Virus record (IMG/VR): IMGVR_UViG_3300012232_000015
Coordinates: 1 to 53,527 of that record
DNA length: 53,527 nt
Origin: a virus
Taxonomy: Duplodnaviria; Caudoviricetes
Strand: one strand, 5' to 3'
Every line of letters starts with the position of its first letter. Positions within the stretch are counted from its first letter, which is position 1. A program made the translations under genes and the position numbers. Below the pieces are notes generated by a model. That model was not told the DNA's origin. It saw only the letters and a program-made list of their open reading frames with translations, and made no database searches. Shown in pieces: positions 7,030 to 16,256 of the stretch.

Positions 7030-9876
7030 TTGCCCCGAGCCAGGACCGACTTGGAGGCGGTGAGCGCCATCGCCGAGCTGGAGAGGCTCGGGGTGAAGTT
7101 CGAGCCGTCTGGCGAGAATGAGATCCGACTAAGGTGTCCGGCACACGAAGATGCGCAGCCCAGCTGCTCTCTGAACGTCGCCAAGAACGTGTGGACCTGC
7201 CACGCGTGCAAGGCGAAGGGAGACGTCGTGACGCTGCTCGCGCTCTTCGCGGGCGTGGAGCGAGCCACGATGCTGGCCGAGCTGTCGAAGCGCTACTCAC
7301 TGGAGGGCGTCCGGCAGATCAATCCCGACCGCATCGAGAAGCTGCACGCAGCGGTCTGGGACGCGGGACCGCTTCTCACTGCGCTGCGCGAGCGCGGCGT
7401 GACGGACGAGATGATCCGGCACGCTCGACTAGGGTACGCCGAGGGGCGCATCTGCATCCCGGTGTACGACCTGCAAGGCCGGTGCGTCAACGTCAGGCGC
7501 TACTTGCCGGGCGCGCCGACCGCCGACAAGATGCGGAACTCCCGCGGCTACGGCGACATCAGGCTGTACCGGCCGGAGGACCTGCGCGACCGCGAGATGG
7601 TTTGGGTGTGCGGCGGCGAGATGAAGTCGCTGGTGGTCGGCTCGCTGCTGAGGCAGCACGGAGTCGGCGCGGTGTGCGCGACGGCGGGGGAGGGGCGGTG
7701 GGACCCGACCTGGAACAGAATGTTCGCCGGCAAGCGCGTCTGGGTCTGCATGGACGTGGACGCCGCCGGTCGAGCCGCGGCTGCGACGGTGGCCAGGCAC
7801 TTGGCTTCTCACGCCGCCGAGGTGAAGCTGGTCGAGCTGCCGCTGGACCGCGAGCGCTACCCCAAGGGCGACGTCAACGACTACGTCGGCTCCGAAGGTG
7901 CGGACGCCGGCGACTTGCTCCGACTGATGGAGTCGGCGAAGCCGTGGCGACCGCCCTCGAGAGAGGCGCCGGACGACCGCGGGGTGCGGCGAGTGACGCT
8001 GGCCTCCGCGACGCGACCGCAGAATGTGGGGTGGCGGCTCGCGTTCGAGACCACGGTGACGGCGATGGACACCACGCCGTACCTCGTGCCGAAGACCGTC
8101 AAGGTGGCGTGCACGCGCGACCAGCCGCTGTGTCACGAGTGCGCCGTGCCGGCGCTGGACCAGGACGAGGGAGGGTTCGTCACGATGCACGTGGCTAGCA
8201 CCTCAGTCGGAATCCTCGAGATGGTGAACGCCGCCAACGAGCACCAGCGCCACGCACTTCGTGAGGCGCTCGGCATTCCAGTCTGCAAGGTCGTCGAGTT
8301 CGACGTGATGGCGCACCACGAGGTGGTCGACGTCAGGCTGGCTCCGCAGCTCGAGGTGGGCACCGGAGTCGGCACGCACAATGTGCTGCAGCCTGCGTTC
8401 GTCGTCGGAGCGCGCGTGGATCTCAACGTGCCGTACGCGGCGGAAGGGCGACTGCACCCGCACCCGAAGACGCAGCAAGCTACCCTGATTGTGGACGCCG
8501 TCGGCGAGACTGCGGACAACCTAGAGTCGTTCGCCCCCACCGACGCCGAGCTGGCGTCGCTCGAGATCTTCAAGCCGGAGGAGTGGACCGTCGAGGGCGT
8601 CAGGGAGAAGCTGCGGCAGCTGTATCGCGACTTCGCCGCCAACGTCACAGGCATCGTGCGACGGCCGGAGATGCACCTCGCGATGGACCTGGCGTGGCAC
8701 TCGCCGCTGATGTTCAGACTAGAAGGCCGGCGGTGCAACGGCTGGCTCAACGTGCTGGTCATCGGCGACTCGTCGCAGGGGAAGAGCGAGACGTTCCTCC
8801 GGCTGCAGGAGCACTACGGGCTTGGCGAGCGAGTCGACTGCAAGAACGCGACGGTGGCCGGCCTGCTCGGCGGTCTGCAGCAGATCGGGACGAGGTGGTT
8901 CGTGTCGTGGGGCCTCATCCCCACGCACGACCGGCGGCTCGTGGGCCTCGAGGAAGTCAAGGGTGCCAGCGTCGAGGTGCTGGCCAAGCTCACCGACATG
9001 CGCAGCTCCGGCATCGCAGAGATCCCGAAGATAGAGAGGCGGCGAGCGCACGCTCGCACGCGCCTCATCTGGATCTCAAATCCACGAAGCAGTCGGCCCA
9101 TCGGCGCGCACTCGTTCGGCGTCGAGGCGATCCTCGAGCTGATCGGCGGCCTCGAGGATGTGAGGCGCTTCGACCTAGCGATCATCGTCGGCTCAGGCCA
9201 GGTGACGGTCGAGGAGATGGGTGAGACCGCTCAGGCGGCGCACCGACACACAGCTGAGCTTTGTCGGCGGTTGGTGCTGTGGGCTTGGACGCGCAAGGAA
9301 GACCAGGTGATCTTCGGCGACGACGCGACGGCGACTCTGAGGCGCGAAGCGTCGGCGCTGTGCGACGACTTCTCTGAGGCTCTGCCCTTGATAGACCGCG
9401 GAACGACGAAGGTGAAGCTGGCTCGCTTGTCCGCGGCACTCGCAGCGCGGACGTTTTCCCGCGACGGCGACTCAATCGCGGTGCTGTCGTGCCACGCAGA
9501 GTACGCCGCCGGCTTCGTGCGCAGAGTGTACTCCGACCCGACATTCGGCTACCTCGACTTCTCCGCGTCGCAGCGGAAGGTTGAGAGCATCGACGACCCT
9601 GACGCGGTGCGGCGCCAGATCCTCACCTTGCGGTGGCCGCGAGCCTTCACACAGATGCTGCTCTATCGCGACGAGCTCACGCACCAAGACTTCATTGACT
9701 CCTGTGAAGTGGACCCGGACACAGCGAGGGCGCTAGTGGCGTTCTTCGTCAGGCAGCACACGATGGTGAGGCGCCGCACAGCGGGATACCAGAAGACACC
9801 TGAGTTCATCCGACTCTTGAAGGAGATGGAGGTCAAGGGCGTGCCGGCTACTGGACAGAGTGTGGGAGAATTCTGA
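7030..9876 (+). CDS. CHC2 zinc finger-TOPRIM primase-like / MCM-family AAA+ helicase fusion
   Basis: RBS AAGGAGG and TTG start. CPAHED..PSCSLN..W.CHAC zinc ribbon. TOPRIM DxD (MDVDAAG) and KGDVNDY. Walker A IGDSSQGKS, Walker B VGLEE, sensor ISNP and arginine finger RRFDL, as in MCM. Confidence 0.85.
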   Translation: MPRARTDLEAVSAIAELERLGVKFEPSGENEIRLRCPAHEDAQPSCSLNVAKNVWTCHACKAKGDVVTLLALFAGVERATMLAELSKRYSLEGVRQINPDRIEKLHAAVWDAGPLLTALRERGVTDEMIRHARLGYAEGRICIPVYDLQGRCVNVRRYLPGAPTADKMRNSRGYGDIRLYRPEDLRDREMVWVCGGEMKSLVVGSLLRQHGVGAVCATAGEGRWDPTWNRMFAGKRVWVCMDVDAAGRAAAATVARHLASHAAEVKLVELPLDRERYPKGDVNDYVGSEGADAGDLLRLMESAKPWRPPSREAPDDRGVRRVTLASATRPQNVGWRLAFETTVTAMDTTPYLVPKTVKVACTRDQPLCHECAVPALDQDEGGFVTMHVASTSVGILEMVNAANEHQRHALREALGIPVCKVVEFDVMAHHEVVDVRLAPQLEVGTGVGTHNVLQPAFVVGARVDLNVPYAAEGRLHPHPKTQQATLIVDAVGETADNLESFAPTDAELASLEIFKPEEWTVEGVREKLRQLYRDFAANVTGIVRRPEMHLAMDLAWHSPLMFRLEGRRCNGWLNVLVIGDSSQGKSETFLRLQEHYGLGERVDCKNATVAGLLGGLQQIGTRWFVSWGLIPTHDRRLVGLEEVKGASVEVLAKLTDMRSSGIAEIPKIERRRAHARTRLIWISNPRSSRPIGAHSFGVEAILELIGGLEDVRRFDLAIIVGSGQVTVEEMGETAQAAHRHTAELCRRLVLWAWTRKEDQVIFGDDATATLRREASALCDDFSEALPLIDRGTTKVKLARLSAALAARTFSRDGDSIAVLSCHAEYAAGFVRRVYSDPTFGYLDFSASQRKVESIDDPDAVRRQILTLRWPRAFTQMLLYRDELTHQDFIDSCEVDPDTARALVAFFVRQHTMVRRRTAGYQKTPEFIRLLKEMEVKGVPATGQSVGEF

Positions 9877-9877
9877 G

Positions 9878-10429
9878 ATGACGACCGACAACGACGACTT
9901 GCTGCAGCTAATGCGCCCCAAATACGGAGATGCGGAGCGGCGACCTGACGAGCGCGCCTCGATGACCGGCATGGTGCGCGCCTTCCACGAGAAGCACGGC
10001 TTCGCCGTCGGTCGAGAGCTGCACACCGGAGCGACGCCGAGCGACCGGAGCGATGTGGTGACCAGCGTCGCCGCCAGGCTGCGCGCCGCGATCCCTAGAG
10101 TCGGCATCGACGACCTCCGCGTGGCCAGGCTGAACCTCATCGTCGAGGAGTGCGCCGAGCTGGCGGAAGCGCTGCTGGCGCGCGACAAAGCTCTAGTACT
10201 CGACGCGCTGGCGGACCTGGCCTACGTTGTGGTCGGCACGGCGGTGGCGTACGGCCTGCCGCTCGAGGCCGCGTTCGACGAGGTGCACCGCAGCAACATG
10301 ACAAAGGAGGCTGACGGGACCCACAAGCCGGCTAAGGGCCCGGACTATCAGCCGCCGCAGCTGACGCGACTGGTGCAGGCGCTGCGGGCGATCGACCTGG
10401 CGACGGGCGACCAGAGGGGGACGCAGTGA
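9878..10429 (+). CDS. MazG-like / all-alpha NTP pyrophosphohydrolase (dUTPase/dCTPase-like)
   Basis: EECAELAEA...DALADLAYV...AFDEVHRSNMTK...KGPDYQPP motifs of the PRA-PH/DR2231-like family. Confidence 0.88.
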   Translation: MTTDNDDLLQLMRPKYGDAERRPDERASMTGMVRAFHEKHGFAVGRELHTGATPSDRSDVVTSVAARLRAAIPRVGIDDLRVARLNLIVEECAELAEALLARDKALVLDALADLAYVVVGTAVAYGLPLEAAFDEVHRSNMTKEADGTHKPAKGPDYQPPQLTRLVQALRAIDLATGDQRGTQ

Positions 10430-11412
10430 GCCACGCTCCCAGGTACGGGTCGCTCGACGAGATGTGGTCGCACGCCGTACTGCAACTGCTGTTCGTCAGT
10501 CCGGCAGTGGAGAGCCGCGCGGGCGGGACGCTCGAGCAGCTCGGCTTCGTCGGGCGCTTGACGAACGTGCGCAGGAACGTGCTGTGGAATGAGGTGCGAC
10601 TCGCGTCTCCGATCTACGCCGCGGCTGAGCTGCTGTGGTACTTGAGCGGCAGCGCTGACGGGGCGATGATCCGCGCCTACGCCCCGCAGTATGAAGGGTT
10701 CCTCGACGACAAGGGCGTCGCCTACGGGGCGTACGGTCGGCGGTGGGCGGAGCACGCGCAGCTTGAGCACGTCATCGGGGTGCTCAGAGAGAAGCGCGCG
10801 TCGAGGCAGGCGGTCGTCGTCTCCTGGGAGGCGCGGGACCTGGCCGCCGCCAGACAGGGAGGGTGCAGGGACGTGCCGTGCACTCTCGCCCTCCAGTTCC
10901 TGCTCCGGGACGGCGAGCTGAACCTCGTCGCCACGATGCGCTCGAACGACGTCTGGCTCGGGATGCCGTACGACGTCTTCTGCTTCACGGTGATCCAGCA
11001 GCTCATCGCGGCCGCGGTCGGCGCGGAGCCTGGCTGGTACCAGCACCAGGCTGGGTCGCTGCACCTCTACGACCAGCACCGCGCTCGAGCGAGCGAGGCG
11101 GTGAATGACATCAACAGGCGCGACGCCAACCTCCCGTCTCTGGAGTTCGCGCTGCCTCCGCCTCCGTGGAGCGACTGGGGTTGGGAGAGCATTCGCTGCG
11201 ACGTGCTGTCCTTCGTGATCGCCGAGGCGACGCAGCGCAACCGGCGAGAGCGGTGCGACGGGACTCTGCGAAACCGGTCGGACTGGCTGGCGCACTGCGT
11301 CGCGCTCACCGGCATGGAGCACGACATTGAGCCGGTCGGGCCGCTCGATCAGCTGCTCATCGAGCGCGCCGAGCTCGTCCTAGAGAGACGAAAGGAGAGA
11401 GTCAAGTCGTGA
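10426..11412 (+). CDS. Thymidylate synthase-fold enzyme, probable dCMP hydroxymethylase/methylase
   Basis: SRQAV, catalytic DVPCT, MRSNDVWLGMPYDVFCF, AGSLHLY. Asp at the position of ThyA Asn177. Confidence 0.85.
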   Translation: MSHAPRYGSLDEMWSHAVLQLLFVSPAVESRAGGTLEQLGFVGRLTNVRRNVLWNEVRLASPIYAAAELLWYLSGSADGAMIRAYAPQYEGFLDDKGVAYGAYGRRWAEHAQLEHVIGVLREKRASRQAVVVSWEARDLAAARQGGCRDVPCTLALQFLLRDGELNLVATMRSNDVWLGMPYDVFCFTVIQQLIAAAVGAEPGWYQHQAGSLHLYDQHRARASEAVNDINRRDANLPSLEFALPPPPWSDWGWESIRCDVLSFVIAEATQRNRRERCDGTLRNRSDWLAHCVALTGMEHDIEPVGPLDQLLIERAELVLERRKERVKS

Positions 11413-11945
11413 TCATCATCGAGGGCGCCGACAATGTCGGGAAGACCACGCTAGCGCAGAAGCTGGCAGAATTGATGGCACGACACTTCGGGAAGCAGGA
11501 GTGGCGCGCCCACTATCGGCACATGACGAGACCGCCGCCAGACTTCGACCACGTCAGCGGGTACTTCGAGGGCGTGGGATCCGTTGTGCAGGACCGCTAT
11601 CACCTCGGCGCGATCGTCTACGGGATGATGCTGGGGCGAGGCGGCTATCCGGACGCGCAGGGGATGCGGCACGTGCAGCGGTACCTCGCGTGGCGCGGCG
11701 CTCTGGTGGTGGTGATGACGAGCAACCGCGACTCGCTCCGGGAGCGGCTCAGGAAGTCGACGAAACAGGAGATGTACGAGCAGGGCGTCATCCTCGCGGC
11801 GAACGACTGCTTCAGGGCGCTGTCGACCCAGCACAATCAAGGTGCGCCGTACTGCGATCGAGTGATCGACGTCACCGACGGGTGGCCAGGTCAGGCGGAG
11901 GAAGAGCTGCTCATGGCAGAGTGGAGGTCGCGGTGGACCAGCTGA
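11409..11945 (+). CDS. dNMP kinase (thymidylate-kinase-like P-loop)
   Basis: IIIEGADNVGKTT Walker A and QDRYH motif. Confidence 0.85.
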   Translation: MIIIEGADNVGKTTLAQKLAELMARHFGKQEWRAHYRHMTRPPPDFDHVSGYFEGVGSVVQDRYHLGAIVYGMMLGRGGYPDAQGMRHVQRYLAWRGALVVVMTSNRDSLRERLRKSTKQEMYEQGVILAANDCFRALSTQHNQGAPYCDRVIDVTDGWPGQAEEELLMAEWRSRWTS

Positions 11946-12379
11946 CCTTGACCGCCATGCGCGACAAGATCGTCTCCGCCACCCTCGCCGCGGAGCGATC
12001 GACACGGTGCAAGCGCAAGGGCGCGGCGGCCCTCGCCACCGACGCGGAGATGCAGGCGGTCATCGTGGCGCACAACGGCCCGACGCACATCTCGTGCACC
12101 GCGGAGCTGGGCAACTGCGGGTGCCAGCACGCTGAGGCGAGGCTGGTGATGCAGCTGATGAGGCTGACCACCCTAGACCAGAGCTGGCGCCCCGACATCC
12201 TGCTCACCACGCTCGCGCCGTGCGTGGCGTGCGCCTACCTGATCGCGGAGTCGGGGCGCTTCCGCACCGTGCTGCACCTCCGAGAATACCACGACGCGCG
12301 AGGAGCGGAGATTCTCCGCCGCGCCGGCCTCGAAGTTTTGAGCCTAGAAGGTAGAGGAGCCGCCAGTGCGCAGCGTTAG
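11933..12379 (+). CDS. dCMP deaminase-like zinc-dependent deaminase
   Basis: GGAGG RBS and GTG 11933. HNG...CQHAE...TTLAPCVACA motifs. Confidence 0.88.
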   Translation: MDQLTLTAMRDKIVSATLAAERSTRCKRKGAAALATDAEMQAVIVAHNGPTHISCTAELGNCGCQHAEARLVMQLMRLTTLDQSWRPDILLTTLAPCVACAYLIAESGRFRTVLHLREYHDARGAEILRRAGLEVLSLEGRGAASAQR

Positions 12380-12578
12380 CTTGAAGCTGAAGATAGCTCA
12401 CCACCCGGGGCGACAGCACGCGTCGGTGAAGTTCTACTCCGGACCGGATGCGATGCACCGCGCGGCGTGCGGCTCCATCATGATGACGATCGCGGAGGCA
12501 GACGCGCTCGAGCTGCTGCTCCGCCTGGGCATCGAGGCGAAGCCGGACGGCGTCGAGCTCGAGGTGGAGAAAGACTGA
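12366..12578 (+). CDS. Hypothetical protein
   Basis: AGGAG RBS, TGATG-coupled to the next gene. Confidence 0.6.
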   Translation: MRSVSLKLKIAHHPGRQHASVKFYSGPDAMHRAACGSIMMTIAEADALELLLRLGIEAKPDGVELEVEKD

Positions 12579-12772
12579 TGGCGAAGTACCGCGTCAAGCT
12601 AGCGTTCACATTCGACGCGCAAGACGGCGAAGAGATCGAGGTGCTGGCGAACGAAGGCGAGTCGCTACAAGAGGCGCTCGATCGCCTCTACGAAGACGGC
12701 GCGTACTTGGGCGAACCACTAGAGCCGAGCATCAGCGACTTCCGCATCATAGAGCAAAAGGAAGTTCAGTAG
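12578..12772 (+). CDS. Hypothetical protein
   Basis: MAKYRVKLAFTFDAQDGEE..., coupled start. Confidence 0.65.
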   Translation: MAKYRVKLAFTFDAQDGEEIEVLANEGESLQEALDRLYEDGAYLGEPLEPSISDFRIIEQKEVQ

Positions 12773-12773
12773 C

Positions 12774-14774
12774 GTGGCCGTCCGAGTGGAGAGTGGGCTG
12801 ATCGCGGAGAGCGCTGGCGAGCTGCCGTCGCTCGCCGGGGTCCGCACTCTGTACCTCGACCTCGAGACTACGTCGGGCGACGACAAGGAAGACGGCGTGA
12901 GCTTCTGGCGCGGCGACACGCAAGTGTGCGGCGTCGCCGTCACGGCCGACGACTGGGAGGACGCCTGGTACGCGCCGGTGAGGCACCACGGGCCGGGCGC
13001 CGAGCGGTGGAACCTCGATCCGGAGCCGGTGATGCGCTGGGCCGGCGAAGGCGTCAAGCGATGCGTCGAGTGGGTCAACGCCAACGTGAAGTTCGACGCG
13101 CACGGCATGGCGAAGGAGGGCCACATCTTCGACTGCAGGCTCGTCGACCTGGTGAACCTGGCTAAGACGATCAACTCCGATCGCTACGAATTCGGCCTCA
13201 AGTCGCTGTGTCGCGAGTGGGTGGGGGTCCCGATGCGCGCTGAGGACCGCATCAAGAGCCACCTCAAAGGGCTGAAGTCGAAGGACTACGGCCGCGTGCC
13301 GGCTGACCTGCTCGGCGACTATGCGTGCGAAGACGTCCGCGGCGCCAGGGCGCTGCACAAGTGGCTGGTCGCGCACCGCCCGACAGAGATGGCCGATCTG
13401 TGGGAGACGGAGACGCTGCTCACGCCGGTGCTGTGGGACGTCGAGCAGGAGGGCGCGCGCATCGACGAGACGCGCACGAAGATCGAGCAGGTGCTGACGA
13501 TGCGCCGCATCCTCGCGCTGGGCGATGAGATCCGCGAGCTGACCGGCGTCGAGCTGGTCAAGTCGCCGCAGGCGATGCACGATCTGTTCTGTGTGCAGCT
13601 CGGTCTGCCGGTCGTCGGGTGGACGGATGAGGGCAACCCCTCCTTCGACAAGGAGGCGATGCGGCTCTACGAGGGTCTCCCTCAAGTGGTCACCGACCCG
13701 ATCGCGTCTCGAGTGGTGCAGGCTGTGCGCGACTGGAGCGTCGAGAACACTTACCTGTCGCTCTTTCTCCGGCCGTTCCTCGCGAAGCGCGACGCGGGCG
13801 GCAAGCTACACAGCACGTACAACCAGACGATCAAGACCGGCCGCACGTCGAGCAGCGACCCCAACTCGCAGCAGTTCAACTCGAGAGCGAAGGCGCTGGT
13901 GATCCCCGACCCCGGCAGGTCGCTGCTGAGCGTCGACGCGTCGCAGGTCGAGTTCCGCTTGCTGGTCCACCTGTGCAAGGACCGCGCCGCGATCGCCGCC
14001 TACCAAGCTGACCCGCGCACCGACTTTCACCAGTGGGTGGCGGAGCTGTGCGGCATCTCGCGGCGCGCCGCCAAGAACGTCAACTTCGCCATGGCGTACG
14101 GAGCCGGCAAGGCCAAGGTGACTGCGATGCTCGCCGGCGACCGGCGCATCATGGAGGACATCGGCGCGACGGTCGAAGCTGAGATCCAGGCCGGCGTCAC
14201 CTTGCCCAGCGCTCGACCGTGGCGCTACCGCACACTGTGCGAGGAGCGAGCGGCGCAGATCTACGCGACCTACCACGAGAGGCTCAGCAGCATCCGGCGG
14301 ACGAGCTTCACGGCGAGCGACGCGTGCCGCCTCAACGGCTACGTGCGGAATCCGTACAAGCGGAGGCGGCACCTCCCGCAGCACCTGGCGCACCGCGCGT
14401 TCAACAGCGCAGTGCAAGGCGGAGCGATGGACCTCATCAAGGAGCGCATCGTGGCTCTCGCGCCGCGGTACAATAGCTGGTCCAGGTCGATCGACTTGAG
14501 GATCCACGCCAGCGTGCACGACGAGCTCGTGCCGTCGCTGCCCAGTGAGGCGCTCAAGTGCGCAGAAGGTCAAGAGCCTGAAGTCGTTGCGGAGATCGAG
14601 CGAATCCTGAGCGCGCCGAGCGTTCCGATGCGTGTGCCGTTCGTGTGGGACAGCGGCTGGAGCGACGAGAGCTGGGCAGCCGCGGCGCATCACGCGGACG
14701 AGCGCAAGAAAGCCCGCCAAATTTTTGGCGGGCTCGGTGTGCCAGGCGCGCAGCGAGCGAAGGTGGCGCAGTGA
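12774..14774 (+). CDS. polA: DNA polymerase, family A, with 3'-5' exonuclease
   Basis: ExoI LDLETT, ExoII NVKFD, ExoIII YACED. TGRTSSSDPN, motif A DASQVEFR, motif B KNVNFAMAYG (Phe at the 762-equivalent), motif C VHDE. Confidence 0.95.
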   Translation: MAVRVESGLIAESAGELPSLAGVRTLYLDLETTSGDDKEDGVSFWRGDTQVCGVAVTADDWEDAWYAPVRHHGPGAERWNLDPEPVMRWAGEGVKRCVEWVNANVKFDAHGMAKEGHIFDCRLVDLVNLAKTINSDRYEFGLKSLCREWVGVPMRAEDRIKSHLKGLKSKDYGRVPADLLGDYACEDVRGARALHKWLVAHRPTEMADLWETETLLTPVLWDVEQEGARIDETRTKIEQVLTMRRILALGDEIRELTGVELVKSPQAMHDLFCVQLGLPVVGWTDEGNPSFDKEAMRLYEGLPQVVTDPIASRVVQAVRDWSVENTYLSLFLRPFLAKRDAGGKLHSTYNQTIKTGRTSSSDPNSQQFNSRAKALVIPDPGRSLLSVDASQVEFRLLVHLCKDRAAIAAYQADPRTDFHQWVAELCGISRRAAKNVNFAMAYGAGKAKVTAMLAGDRRIMEDIGATVEAEIQAGVTLPSARPWRYRTLCEERAAQIYATYHERLSSIRRTSFTASDACRLNGYVRNPYKRRRHLPQHLAHRAFNSAVQGGAMDLIKERIVALAPRYNSWSRSIDLRIHASVHDELVPSLPSEALKCAEGQEPEVVAEIERILSAPSVPMRVPFVWDSGWSDESWAAAAHHADERKKARQIFGGLGVPGAQRAKVAQ

Positions 14775-15100
14775 GAGTGAGCGACGACTTCGACGACGCG
14801 ATCAAGCTGGCGTGCGGCTGCGAGACCGGCAGCTGGCCCACATTCGCAGAAGTCCTGTGTTGTCGCGCCTGGCCAGGCACGGAGGCGGGCAGGTTCGTCT
14901 TGACTTCGCACGCGCGGCAGCTGACGTACTGGCGAGATGAGCGGGGCGACCACGTGTTCAGCACAGCCGCCGAGTGTCCCAAGCTCATGATCCGCGCGTC
15001 GCAGACGGTGCGCATGTCGCAGTCGCAGCTGTGGGTCGTCCGGCACAGTCTGTGGGGGTGGGCCGCGCGTGCGAAGCTGGAGGCGCCGCATGTCAACTGA
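14771..15100 (+). CDS. Hypothetical protein
   Basis: GTGA-coupled to the polymerase. Cys/Trp-rich, lies between polymerase and MTase-like gene. Confidence 0.55.
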   Translation: MRVSDDFDDAIKLACGCETGSWPTFAEVLCCRAWPGTEAGRFVLTSHARQLTYWRDERGDHVFSTAAECPKLMIRASQTVRMSQSQLWVVRHSLWGWAARAKLEAPHVN

Positions 15101-16256
15101 CGGCAAGCTGAGCGGCATCCGCGCCGCCGGCGTGCACACTTACTTCGGCGGCTTTCACCGGTCGCTCGAGGCGGACACCGAGTGGCTGGGCAGCGCCGAG
15201 TCGTGGAGCCCCGCGATCCGAGCGCGGCGACTGGCCGGGCTGCCGACGCTCAATCACCCTGGTCTCACACCGCACGCCGAGCTGGTGGTCAGCAATCCGC
15301 CGTGCAGCCGGTTCTCGGCTATGAGCACCGGCACGTATAGTGAAGATCACAAGACGAAGCTCGGCTCGTTCTGCGAGCTAGAGGACGCCGTGCTGTTCGC
15401 CGAGCGCGTCCGGTGCAGAGCTTTCTGGTGGGAGACCGGCCCGCTGCTGTGGACTAAAGGGAGGGAGCTCGTGCGCGCCGTGCACCGCCACTGGGCAGAG
15501 CGGTGGGGAGGGTGCACGACGGTAGCAGTGAAGCTGGACGTCCGCTGGACGGGAGTGCCGCAGCGGCGGCCGCGCTGCCACGTCGTGCACGTCGCGGGAG
15601 ACCGGGAGGTGCCCTGCGTAGCCCCCTCCGCCTGGCCCCTAGGACAGCCTGCCTTGCTCTGGGCCCGGGACAGGGTAGCCAGTCAGGGTTGGGGGTCGGA
15701 CCCGGCCGGGTGGGATCAGGTAAAGCCCGTGGGGGCGTACCGGAAGATGACCGCCCTGGCCTACTACGAGATGTGCATGCTGATCTCGGAGTTCATCGCC
15801 ACCAGGCCGCAGCTTGTGGGGCTGCAGGACCACTTCACCAACGCGGTGCTGAGCGGCCGGCCGATGATCTGCGATGAGGAGGACCGGTTCGTCTCGTGGC
15901 AGGAGTACGCGGCGCTGATGTGCCTGCCGCTGGAGATGGTGCGACCGGTCGCCGAAGAGCAGGGCGGCTGGCAGGCGCTGATGATGATGAGCAAGGGCGT
16001 CTGCCCCGCCGCGTCGCGGTGGGTGGCCGATTGCGTAGTGGCGCCGCTGATGGGCCTCGCGCCTTACGAAGACGACCTCGAGCTCGTCGCGCGCGGAGCG
16101 CCGAAGCGCGTCGAGGTCGGCGGGCCTGGAGGCGACGTCGGCTGGCTAGAGGCCGTCGCGCCGGACTGGCCGCGAAGGCGGAGTGCGTACGGCGAGGATC
16201 ACAGGAAGGCGATCCCGCTGAAGGACCAAAGTTGCCCGAAGAGGACGTGGGAGTGA
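15090..16256 (+). CDS. Atypical C5-cytosine DNA methyltransferase homologue
   Basis: Motif IV SNPPCSRFS, motif VIII PQRRPR, degenerate motif I HTYFGGF, motif VI WWETG, motif IX RFVSWQEYAALM, motif X MSKGVCP. Confidence 0.8.
   Translation: MSTDGKLSGIRAAGVHTYFGGFHRSLEADTEWLGSAESWSPAIRARRLAGLPTLNHPGLTPHAELVVSNPPCSRFSAMSTGTYSEDHKTKLGSFCELEDAVLFAERVRCRAFWWETGPLLWTKGRELVRAVHRHWAERWGGCTTVAVKLDVRWTGVPQRRPRCHVVHVAGDREVPCVAPSAWPLGQPALLWARDRVASQGWGSDPAGWDQVKPVGAYRKMTALAYYEMCMLISEFIATRPQLVGLQDHFTNAVLSGRPMICDEEDRFVSWQEYAALMCLPLEMVRPVAEEQGGWQALMMMSKGVCPAASRWVADCVVAPLMGLAPYEDDLELVARGAPKRVEVGGPGGDVGWLEAVAPDWPRRRSAYGEDHRKAIPLKDQSCPKRTWE

Noticed and set aside
10426-11412. Annotation as ordinary thyA
   Set aside because: Asp replaces the dUMP-specifying Asn and an intact thyX is present.
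12650-12700. GESLQEALDRL as another copy of the ES-helix repeat
   Set aside because: GES is a common helix N-cap and the Trp, His and AVxA positions are missing.
12774-14774. Intein or intron in polymerase, helicase or terminase
   Set aside because: No C/S...HN splice junctions or LAGLIDADG motifs, and spacing between catalytic motifs is near normal.
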